Of a DNA stretch of 64,000 nt, positions 23,946-35,059 are shown one piece after another. The DNA lies in assembly GCF_009834535.1 (NCBI RefSeq), contig NC_045697.1:91140001-91204000 (forward strand), read 5' to 3'. Numbering within the stretch: position 1 is the stretch's first letter; each line of letters begins with the position of its first letter. A program made the translations under genes and the position numbers. The notes beneath the pieces are model-generated. The model saw only the letters and a list, made by a program, of their open reading frames with translations, had not been told where the DNA came from and searched no databases. The DNA is from Camelus ferus. Its lineage: Eukaryota.

Positions 23946-26900
23946 ACACAAAGCAAGTCAAGTGCCACTAGAGAAATCTTCAAAGCACCGGGGGAACCCA
24001 CAGAGAGTAGCAGCATGACTTTTGGTAGATGAAGGATTGGCTAAGTCTCTAACAAAGGCGTTAAAATTCCTCAAACCTTTAGGATCAGTTTAACCTATCT
24101 GGTGCAGTGTGGTTTGGGCATTTTCCACACTGTGGGTGAAGCAGAAGCAGAGATTTGAGGCATTTTCTTCTTTTTCTGGTCCTTGAGCCTGTCTTGGTTG
24201 TCAGGTTCTGTCCATGCTTTGACTTGCCCACTTAGAGAGAACTGCCTTTGACGCTATAGAAAACACAGTAACTTCACTTTGAAAAGCACTCTAGCAGAGC
24301 GCTGTCTCATTTATTTCTTAGAACAGTCCCTAAGGTTGGCAGGGTGAGTACCGTTATCTTCATTTTACAATTGAGGAGACTGAATTTCGAAGTGAATTCT
24401 TACTGGCTATTTTTTTCACAGAGGCAGAAGCAACTCGAGGCCTGAAAGTTTGACCGCAATTCTAATTCCTTTTCCAGTGCACCAAGCCTGTTTTAGATTA
24501 GGGGGAAAAATCCAAGAAAAAAAAAATAAAGCTAAATTTGCCTGGCATCAGCTTTTGGTAAAGTTAGCAAAAAATAAAAAGTAGGAAAAAAGTCTCCTTT
24601 CCCTTTTCAGTTTTGAAGGTAAACTATTACATTTTAGCTTTGGTACTCAAAAGTGATTTGCAGTTGAGAACTTTTTCTTAAGGGCAGAGGATTCTTTATG
24701 ACCTTATTTTTCTTACAATTCCAAACAAAAGGGCTAAGTGTGCTCCATTATGTCCAGATTGGTGTTTATAGTCCCATCCTTAGATGATAAATGTTACTTT
24801 ATCAAGTATTACACAGTTCTGATCCCCTCTTCCAAAGACTGGGGCTGTACATGCCAAAACTTTATGACGACAAGTCATAGAATTGGAATGAAAGAAATGT
24901 AATACTCAAATCCTACTAACTCAGATAATATACAGAAGTATCTTTTAAGCCAATGGTTCTTGGTTTTCAAGTCTTCATACTTGAGAGGGAGGTGATTTTC
25001 TAAATACTGTTGAAAGGAAAGCATGATTGCCTACTAAAAGAGTTATTCCCTAAATGCAGTATAAATGCTTCTTTTCTCTTGACTCATTGTTTCCAACATA
25101 AAGCCTATGTACTTTCTTAGATATCATGGTCACTGCCCACTTCTAGGACCTTCAGCTCAGCTGCCCCATTCCAAGGGGTCTCACATGCCAAAGGTCGGAC
25201 ATGCTGAATAATTCACTCTGCCTCTTCATGGCTCATCACAAAGCAGAGGCCACTTCTGCCTGGCATCACTTTGCATTGCTTCATATCTTTCCCCTCTTTC
25301 CTTTTTCTTTAGCCTCACTGGCCTGGGTTTGCACTTCTTAAATAATGTATTAGCACTTTGATCCTTGCTTGAGGCTGTTTTCCAGAGAATCTAGGCTCTT
25401 TCTTACTGGATTGTTATAGAACATATCTAGTAGGTCAGTATCCTCACTTCCAGTTCAGTCCGACACACCTCTTAAGCACATGTTGAATGTGGTGTTCTCC
25501 TTCAGTGGGCCCCATTGTTTGTAAAATTGAGCTGACCTTCCATCATCTGGCCTTAACAGCCCTATATATTTGCTCTCAAACTAATTTTCCAATTTTATTT
25601 TCCATGGTTTTTCATTCACACGTGCTGTTCTTTGGCCAAACTGAACTACTTGAAATGTTTTTATTACTTCTTATTTTCTGACCTCTATGTTCTTCATCAT
25701 GCTGATCCCTCAATCTATAATATTCACACTTATGGCTCTCCACATGTTTAAATTTTATCCATCAAGGACAAGTTCAAATGCCATCTTCTTCTCAGATTAA
25801 TCATAAATTCCCTCCCCTCTGCTGTCAGCCCACAAAATTCAGTAATTTCCTCTGAATCCCCCAAATCATCTTGTCTGTATTTCTCTTGTGGTGCTTACTA
25901 CTTTTTAACCTACTTTGTAGTATTTTGTTTTATTCATTCTCTCCAATTAGACCATAGGCTCCTTGAGGGCACAACTGACTGATGTACTTTTGTTTTTTGA
26001 CACTTAGCATGGCAACTTGCGTGTAATTGGTGCTTAAGAAAATTTCACAAAATTTCACAAAATTCCATTCATTACATAAAAGCCCAGGATTATGGCTAAA
26101 AATAATTAAACTAAAATATTTCTTATCTCAAGCTCTAGATCCTTGGTTTTTCATGGATATACAGGGGGAAAAATGGCCACAGGGATGCTTTTATTTGTAA
26201 GTTGAAAGGTCAAGAGATATTAATAGTGAGAATGCTGTGGCTTTCTGCCTGAGGCCATCAAACAGAACAGGCCATAGCATTTTGCTGACCCTGGACAGTT
26301 GGCTAAGACACAGTACCATATGATTTAGCTTCTTAAGAAATGACCAATCTACAAGGCTTCTGAATAATTATTCCTTCTGATAGGGAGGAAAATTTTGATT
26401 ACAAAATTCCAGCCTGAGTGTATTCTTACAGTGCTTTTACAGCATTTTAAAGTCTAACAGGTTAAAGCCCACAGAAAAAGAATGACCATAAAGAAAATGT
26501 ATAAACTATTTAAACATACTATTTGTAGTCACTCTACATGAATCATGTCTAAGATAAGTGAAATTTTCAGAGGGAGAGTAGGCAAAAACATTGGCTACAT
26601 ATTTCTCCTGTATGAAATGATAAACTATAAAATTCAAATGTATTTAGGAAATCCAGTCATATATTTATTTGTTAATAACAATGAGCTGATATAGAAATTC
26701 AGTAGCATTGGGAAGGTAAATAAATAGCACCAATGGGAGTTATTATTTCCCATTTATATTAAAACTGTCATGTTTACATGGCTGACAGATATATGTCATA
26801 TATATGATAGTGTTTGAGATTAGGAAAACTACTTTATTAAAGTAGAGAGAAATTTGACTTAACACGTTGATCGCCCACTGGATCGCATGTGTTTCCAAGT

Positions 26901-27271
26901 TCACACTTCACCACAGTGTGATGAACTAACAATATATTTGCTTATAATTAATCTGTTTTTCCAGTATAACTGGAATTGTGTTAAAAAAAATTTCTTATTT
27001 TCAATTTTCAACCTCTTTACTATTATAATTCTTCTTGGAATTATTCTGTATAGAATAAATTTGGGTAATGGAATAGTCTGGGGTGCTGTGGCATTACTTT
27101 GATATTTGTTAGCTCGAGAGTGATATATGATCCAATTGGTAGAACTGGTAGATAAGTGGTTGTTTAAAATGGTACTCTGCTCGTTTGCCTGCTCTGTTCA
27201 ATTCAGCTCGGCAGTTTTATTCTGCATCTTAGAGTCTGTGCATCTTTCAAGTATTTTTCATATCCTTACAA

Positions 27272-28970
27272 CGTAAAAATACAGTTGAGAGTGACACTAG
27301 CAGTGACAATGAAGTAATCCATGTCAGAAGAAGATAAATAAAATTTTGTTAAGTTCAAGCTCAGAGAATGAGGAGAAAGGTTATGCTGAAGTTGAAAACA
27401 CTGAGGAGATTTTAGAACAATTAGTTGTAGAGGAAGAGGAAGAAACAGAGGAGGATAATGATGGTGCACTAGATAATACTCAGTGAAAAGAGTTTACTGG
27501 CAGACAAAAGTCATTTATATTCACAGGAAAAGGTGGACTTCAGACAGAATTACCTCGTGATATCAGCCCAGGCAAAATTCTTTTGCTATTTTTAGATGAC
27601 GTAATAATAAACCATCTGGTAAAGGAGACAAACAGATATGTGGAACAAAAATTACTTCAACATCTAAACATGGTGTGTAGTCGAATAAAGAGGTGGAAAC
27701 CTACTTCTGAAGAAATTAAAAAATTCCTTGCTCTTCTGATTTGGACAGGTCTAGTGAAACCAATATCTATGACTAAATATTGCTCAAAAGACCCCCTTTA
27801 CAATTTCACATTGTCGTGTACTGTAATGTCTCATAATCATTTTCATTTGTTATTATCAAATTTGCACTTTGCAAATAATGAGACAATTGAAAGAGGTGAT
27901 AGGCTTGGAAAAATATTACCACTGGTTAAACTTTGATTGAAAATTATCAAAACAATTTTTCACTGGGCCCAGATGTCATAATCGATGAGACAATGGTTCC
28001 TTGGAGGGGAAGACTTATATTTAGACAGTATATACCAAATAAAACACACGAATATGGAATAAAATTATTTAAGTTCTGTTCGACCAAAGGTTATACGAGG
28101 TTGATAAAAATATGTTCTGGATGAGAGACTAGTAGAGCCGAGCAAATCGGATTAGCTCAAAATGTTTGCAGTGCGCTTGCAGAAAAATTACTGAATGAAG
28201 GGCATACCTTGTATGTAGATAACTTCTACACCAGCTACTAATTGGTCCTTAAATTTTTTAGTTTGAAAACTCATGTTATTGGGACTGCACAGCATAATAA
28301 AAGTTTATTTCAAAAGATGTTCTGTCCCATCCACTAAAAAGAGGTGAAATGGTGTTGCGAGAAGATGACAATTCCATTGTCATCCTGAAATGGAAAGATG
28401 TTCGGGATGTAAGAATACTTTTGACAAAACACGCACCCATTATGGTACTGGTTCTAATTCATCTGCTCTTCACCACAATCTTATAAAAATGAAGCCACTA
28501 GCCATACTTGATTATAATAAAGGAAAGTGGCATTGATAGAAGTGACCAGATGGTTTTCATATGCAACAACATTATGAAAAAGTATCAAATGCTACCAGAA
28601 ATTAACACTACATCTACTTATTGGGATTGCTGTCATAAATTCACATCTTGTATACCAGGCAAAGGCAAATTTAAAAAGTCAAATATCGAAATTTAGGGAA
28701 CTCTTAGTTAAGGAATGGTTATATTCTCCAAATATTAGGTCCAATAATATGCAAGGGGATAAAGGAGGAGAGATTCACAATTTACAAATTAGAAAAAATC
28801 CCTAAGGCAAAACAATCAGAAGAATGTGTGTCCTCTGTTATCAGGAAAGCAGGCAAACTTTGGAATGACAAGAAACTAGAAAAAATGTAAAAAAGACAGG
28901 AACATATTGTCCTAGTTGTCCAAAAACACTGCAGCTTTGTATAAACTGTTTCAATGAGTATCATAAGTAA
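27272..28970 (+). pseudogene. piggyBac transposase pseudogene (about 565 codons; DDE_Tnp_1_7-type core plus C-terminal Cys-rich domain)
   Basis: Manual translation across frames gives an acidic N-terminus, LVKETNRY, WKPTSEEIKKFLALLIWTGL, MSHNHF (decayed MSRNRF), IIDETMVPWRGRLIFRQYIPNK (D at 27984), LYVDNFYTS (D at 28218), KWKDVRDV, AILDYNKGK and GIDRSDQM (D at 28535). The CRD reads CVLC...CPSC...CINCFNEYHK, with the stop at 28968-28970. I count six frameshifts (about 27335, 27932, 28310, 28450, 28527, 28556) and six premature stops (27484, 28122, 28239, 28575, 28803, 28866). Confidence 0.95.
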
Positions 28971-29116
28971 TGTAATATTATATAATTTTGTTCAAAAGAA
29001 AATATTTTTATCTATCTGCATATATACTTATATGTTGTTACTATTAAATACTTGTATTACAAATGAAAACTGTTGGAAGTTACTTGTAAAAACCTGCATA
29101 ATTGGATGAAGGAAAG

Positions 29117-29180
29117 CGTCACCCATATCTGGGTGACGGGGCCTCTGAGGAGACACAACTGTCACCAGATTTGGGCAATG
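29117..29180. repeat. Two tandem subterminal palindromes of the piggyBac right end
   Basis: CGTCACCCA-TATC-TGGGTGACG at 29117-29138 (perfect 9-bp arms) and a decayed copy TGTCACCAGATTTGGGCAATG at 29160-29180. Confidence 0.8.
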
Positions 29181-29573
29181 TGGTGATCAACATGTTAATA
29201 GATTAATGAGAATAGGAAATTAAGAAGTTCCATATATAAAAGGGTATAATTACGTGCTCATGCATAGTTAGATTTTGTTGATAGACATAGACTTTATTAA
29301 ATCAGTAGAATCAGGCAAATATGACTTGATCAGCAAAACACTTGGAAAAGTAGTTATGATGAAGAGAAAGAGACGGTCAAGTTTTTTATTCTTATTAACA
29401 CGAGAGAGGGAAGAAATGGGTTTCAGTTGATACAAGAACAGAGATCATATAGAATTGGTTGAGCTGGGGATCAAAGAGAACACAATGAGCCTGTGAACTC
29501 AGGAATTCCTTGGGCAGATCTGTTGTGATTTCTCCCATTGGCACCACTATGACTAGCATAAGTAAACTAGGTG

Positions 29574-29730
29574 GGGTGGGTGGATAGCTCAGTGGTAGAG
29601 CACATGCTCAGCATGCATGAGGTCCTGGGTTCAATCCCCAGTACCTCCCATTAAAATAAATAAATAAGTAAGTTAAAAAAAAAAAAAAAAAGAATTACCT
29701 ACCCTTCTCAAAAAAAAATTAAAAAAAAAA
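29574..29730 (+). mobile_element. tRNA-derived SINE, camelid Vic-type, with TSD
   Basis: A box TAGCTCAGTGGTAGAG, B box GGTTCAATCCC and an A-rich tail with an aattacct insert. 15-bp TSD taagtaaacYaggtg at 29559-29573 and 29731-29745 (one mismatch). Confidence 0.9.
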
Positions 29731-30894
29731 TAAGTAAACCAGGTGTTTGTGGATCCATGTTGCCTCACTGGTCCTACCTTTAAGTATCACTTGCTGGCCT
29801 GGGAAACAGCAGAGCTCATTCTTTTCAGGGCTTTTGGGAATCACTGCGGTAGCCTGGTGCCCCAGTAGTTCTCCTTGCTCCTGATTCCTGCTAAAAATGG
29901 ATGTGATCTCACAGAGGAGTCAGCAGTAGCCTAAACCAAGTGACTATAGTCTGGGGCCAGGCTCCCTAGGCCCAGTTCTGATTAATGCCCCCTATTAAAA
30001 AAAAATACACACACACAAAAAAAACGGTATACTTTTTGCTGGCATGATTTCAAGAACTTGTGTTTTATAGCTTCCTCTTAAAACGGTTAAAACTTTTTTT
30101 CTTGAAGGAGATATTCCATTCCTTATAGCTGTGTACTAAGCTAGTTTTCCCACCACTTGTTTTGTTTTGTTTTGTTTTGTTTTTTATCCCCCAGAAACTC
30201 AGGGAGACCACAGGATGTGAAACATTTACAGTGCCTCCATAAAATGCTTTTTTCTGCTTTCTCCGACACTCTTAGGTTCTCTGCAGTGTTTACCATACAA
30301 CCAAGTCAAGCCACTAAAGTAGGTATGCTCTGTGTGAGGTGTCAGCAAAGAGAAACTTGCTGAGGGCAGAATAAGTGCAAAATAAGATATGACAATCCTT
30401 CCACCCTAACAAAGGAACAGAAACAAAAACGAATCTCTTGAGTTTGACTCCTTGAGGCTCTGTTAAAATTCCGAAATATTCATTAAATAGGGACAGTCTG
30501 AAACTCAATATTGGATTGAAAAACAAGGATTCTAAGAGGTAAACACAAAAGATTATAAGCCATTGATCAAAAAGAGCTAAAGAATTGTTGGGCAGCAGAA
30601 GCCAGACAATTTTGATGAATTTCCAGAGAGTCTAACTTTTTGGTTGTGTTTGTTTTATCAACAATGGACCCTTTATAGCAGAAAAACCCAGGTCAAAAAG
30701 CATAATCCACACACAAAACCTTCAGTGTAATAAGTTAGCGTCATTCCCAGAGGAGTGAGCCTGGCTAAGAGACTCCTCACTTGACTAATTTAAAACTGGT
30801 ATCTATGTTGTTGATGAAAGTGCATTCTGAGTATGCTTCATGAAGCAAGTGTCCTATTATGTCTATGAGTTTTTTTTTAACCTTTGGGTTAAAA

Positions 30895-31020
30895 AATAAT
30901 TTTATTAAAAAGTATCACAGTGAAATTTACTTTTTAAAATGTCTGTATATAGTTCTATGAATTTAAAACATGTATAGATTTGTGTAATCACCATCACCAG
31001 TGATATGCACAACAGTTCCT
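30895..31020 (-). mobile_element. Short L1M 3' terminal fragment
   Basis: tatagttctatgaatttaaaacatgtatagatttgtgtaatcaccatcacc is an L1MB-type 3' end motif. Confidence 0.55.
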
Positions 31021-31299
31021 GTGAGATGTTTTTATTATGTATGCACTTTAGTTTGGGATTCAAGCAGTCAGTGAATGTCCAAATCTACATGCTCCACAGA
31101 GTCTGGTCCACTAGAGAACAGTAAGAATTAAATATTAAACAATGGTAATATTGCTAATCTCAAAGAGTATCTAAAGTTTAATGTTTAATTCTTACTATGT
31201 TCTACGGTGCTTAACTCCAAATACCTGCCAATAATAGTTACCTGGGCAATCCCATACTTACCCACTCCTTTGATTATAATGCCTTCCAGTTGTATAGCT

Positions 31300-31480
31300 C
31301 TTGGAGAAATACTTTCATCAAAATATTCTCATTTAACTTATGTAACAGCCATGTATTTTATATATTATTATCATTATATTTTCACAAATGGGATCTAAGA
31401 GATCAGGTGATTCGCCTAAGCTAAATAAGTGCCAGAGCTGAAATTTCAACTATAACCTCCTGCCGAGGTGTTGACTCCAA
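31300..31480 (-). mobile_element. MIR SINE
   Basis: ctcatttaac...cattatattttcacaaatgggatctaagagatcaggtgattcgcctaag...gccagagctgaaatttcaac...tgactccaag. Confidence 0.55.
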
Positions 31481-32871
31481 GTTATTACAGCTGCAGTTGC
31501 TTCCCATGTAATTACTTTCAAGATATAATATCAAAAGAATACTTTAAGAAAAGTTGTATGCATGTATCTATCACCACAAATAAGAGAGACTTGAGTACCA
31601 AAGACAAATCAAGAGTTTGGTGTAGACCGTCTTACTAAAGTGTAAAATGACATCATGATTAAGTAGATTGGAAACAAAACAAAGAAGATAGAGACATGGG
31701 AGTATAATTAGCAGAAAACCAAGTAGCAGATTTTTATTGCTCAGTTTGGTTTTTTGAAAAAAGCTAAATATTTAAAATTATCTGAAGTCATGTGAAGCTG
31801 ACCCCATGATTTCAATGCAGTGTTTAAAAAAGGTCTCAAGAATATTGGCCCGTTTTCACCAACAGGGCAGTCCCCATTGGTTTCTTGTGCATTTTAGCCT
31901 AAAGGACCCCAGTCTAGGCTCCCCACCACCACCCACTCCTAGCTGAGGAGTCTAAGAATAACAGAATGGAGTGTGCTAACTTAGTTTAATTCTTAAAAGT
32001 ATTTCTGAAGGTCTGGAGCACTAAAGCTTTCTAGCAGAATGCATCATTGTATCGAATTTCTCTACAAAGCTTAGATAAATTACAGGAATCGAGAAGAAGT
32101 TCAAGAGCATGCAATTAACTTTTATTATTCAAGGTCAGAATAAACTGCTTAAATACTTTTTATTATTAGAAGTTCAGTTTGTATTTCTCTCTAAGCAAGG
32201 AATGCCGGGGTCTGCCAGGGACATTGATGGTAGTAGTCTGTTCACTTTCTAGAGAAAATCCTTTTCCCTCCATCCCACAAGAAAAGTGCTGAATAAAGAA
32301 AATCACAAATTTTTATCAGTCTGGGCAGTTGAGTTATGAGTTAGTTACATCAAGGCTATCAAAAATGGCTGGCTGCCTAAATAGTGCCATTGTTACAAAT
32401 AGTGGGAAAGCACAAGGAATGTGGGAAACAAAGGTAGCCCAAAGAGGAGTTATGTGCAGATGGAGTCCCTACAGCAGGCATGAGAATGACTGCCAGCGAA
32501 TCTTGACCCTTTCTCCTCCTCTTCAGCCACTAACTCTTGGCTTTTCATAATTCTTCAGATACAATCAGGTAGGATGTGAGGCCAAGTTTACAGAAAACAC
32601 TGATGTGTTTTAAGCTAAGAGAATTTCAAGGAGAAACAGACTAATAAACTCTAATAAATAGGGCCCTTGGTTCCTAGGCTATGAGATGATCCTGAAGCAA
32701 AAAACAAAATCACAGAGAAGTCNNNNNNNNNNNNNNNNNNNNNNNNNNNNNNNNNNNNNNNNNNNNNNNNNNNNNNNNNNNNNNNNNNNNNNNNNNNNNN
32801 NNNNNNNNNNNNNNNNNNNNNNNNNNNNNNNNNNNNNNNNNNNNNNNNNNNNNNNNNNNNNNNNNNNNNNN

Positions 32872-32931
32872 TGGGGATTGAACCCAGAACCTTGTGCACA
32901 CATGCTCTACCCCTGAGCTATACTCCCACCC
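32872..32931 (-). mobile_element. Vic-type SINE, 5' part (tail presumably in the N gap 32723-32871)
   Basis: Reverse complement reads gggtgggagtatagctcaggggtagagcatgtgtgcacaaggttctgggttcaatcccca. Confidence 0.85.
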
Positions 32932-35059
32932 ACCACAGGAGCATTTTAAATTGGAAAGTGGAAGTGCCTGAACGTCTCCTTTCCCCATTCTTTGGGGGCA
33001 ACACTCCCCAGCCCCAGACAAGACCCATCACCTTTTAGGAGAGTTATCTAAAAGCCTGAGAAAAATAAGAAGTCATGCTTCCTCACCAGAAAGGGTACAG
33101 GCCCTCTCAAATGAATCCTGATGAGGAGAATGAATGGCCTTGGGTTTATAGGTTCTATAAAAGGGCAGAGTTATTACAGGTTGGAGGTTTAAAAGTACAT
33201 CTTAAAGAACAGCAAATGCATTCTATATGGGGGGTAATTTTAATTTTGGATGGGCATTAGTACTCTGTTTCAGACATAATCTAAAACAAAAACACTTTCT
33301 TCTTTAATATGCCATATTTGACATCCTATGTTTTTCTGTCTCTGGGAACTGGAACAGACCTTTCTGCAAAGTCAATGCCCCCAGCTTCCCCTAGCGTGAC
33401 ACTAGCATTCTACTGTCTGGCTATGTTAGCATCACAGGAAGAATGCCCTGGCATCCAAACCATTACGGGTAAAGAAGATCTTAGAAATCAGCTAGCCAAT
33501 GCAGGGGAAGCAACTGGAATCGTTAACTTGTTTTCTTCTAACACAGAAAAGGGCATTTCCTTTGTCCTAAATTGGCCCCCCAAATGCTTTTTAACACTCA
33601 GTTGGGAGCAGTTTGCAAATGGCTAGTATACTGATGGTAGTTATCAATTTGAGTCCTGTTTCCCAGGTTGGAGAAGCCCATGTGTGCAGTTGCCGTTCTG
33701 AAGGCACACCTCCTGCCGAGGTGTTGACGGGAAAGAGGAGGAAGGCAGAATAACGTGACCTGCTTTCACCAGGAAGCCTCAGATCATTTCCCTTTGTCTC
33801 TGTGCCCCTTTGCGAGATTTTGATCCAATCTTCTGTGGTGAGAAGAAACTCTCAACATTAAAAAAAAAAAAACAAAAAACCCAAAACCCAAAACCCAACT
33901 TTCATTTTCCTCCTAAGAAATGGAATTTTATTTCTAGATGACAAGACCTTTGGAAGGCCATGGTCTGGTATAGGAGTGATCCTTTCACAGCTGTCGAACA
34001 TCAGTAGACTACATATCCAAAGTAGTATAGAGGTAGCTCTTAAAATATCAGCCAAAGGAAGACCTTAGAGAGAGCTGAATGTCTTTAAGGAACTATGTGA
34101 ATGTTATTGAATCTTTAAAAAAAAATGTAGTAGCTTCTGTAACAAAGCAACAATCTTCATAGGCTGTATTTATACAGACCTGAGCTCATGGAGATAGCAC
34201 AGGGGGATCTGGAGATACAGAACCCCCTATTAGCTGTTATCTATTTTTAGTATTGTTCTGCACACATTTTCTGTTTTTTCAACCCCCTGGATACTCAGCA
34301 GAAATACTTTAAGAATGCCTGTAACTTAATCTCCTGCCTGGCATCACCTAGGAGTACAGAAGTACAGTGACAGGAGGTTAACTGAGTTCTTGGAGAAAGG
34401 TGCCGTAGGCAGAGACATAGAGGTACAAATCGGTGGAGTAACACTTCCTTTTGATGATGGGGAAGAAGAAATCTGAAATCCTAAAGTGCTTTCTGACATT
34501 TGCCACCCACAGAAATGGATGTGTTAGTTATTAAGGGCCTTTCTGTTTAATTAGAAATCAAACCAAAGACCCTGGTGTCATAATTTATTCTCCTGCAAAA
34601 TGTTGTGACCCAGAGGTTCCAGCATTAACCACAGAGGAATTGGAGGTTGGTAAAAGACTCTCAGAATCAGAACTTCAAAGACATTGGAGGAGCAGAGGGA
34701 AGAAAATGTACCATTAATAAACAGGATGAGGCAAGTGGGCAAATCTTCACCTATGATGTCACCTGCTTCTATATGATGAAATATTACACAGCCAGTTTCA
34801 GAACACTATGTATCACAGGATCCCATTTTTCATTACTTCAATATAAGATACTACATTAATGTCATGTTATTTTTAATAGTTAAATTAAACAAAAGCCCAG
34901 TTCTACCTGTTGCAAGCCACAGATGAGGGAAGTATAAGATGGGGATATACCATAGTTTCATCATTTACCCTATCAGTCAGTGGGCACTGGCATTGGTCTC
35001 AGTTCTAGAAACAATGCTACGACAAACATCCTTGTTCATGGAAGCTTAGATATGGGACA

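Larger units (their letters stand above)
26863..29194 (+). mobile_element. Full-length decayed autonomous piggyBac DNA transposon (2332 bp)
   Basis: TTAA at 26859-26862 and 29195-29198. Left TIR CACGTTGATCGCC (26863-26875) and right TIR GGTGATCAACATG (29182-29194) match 11/13, with both mismatches being CpG transitions. Contains a complete piggyBac transposase fossil. Confidence 0.95.

Noticed and set aside
27272-28970. Functional domesticated PGBD gene (for example PGBD4)
   Set aside because: It has six stops and six frameshifts, retains TIRs and TTAA TSDs, and shows CpG decay. It is a transposon fossil, so no gene symbol was given.
29574-29650. tRNA gene
   Set aside because: A and B boxes are present, but it is followed by an A-rich SINE tail and flanked by a TSD, with no complete acceptor stem.
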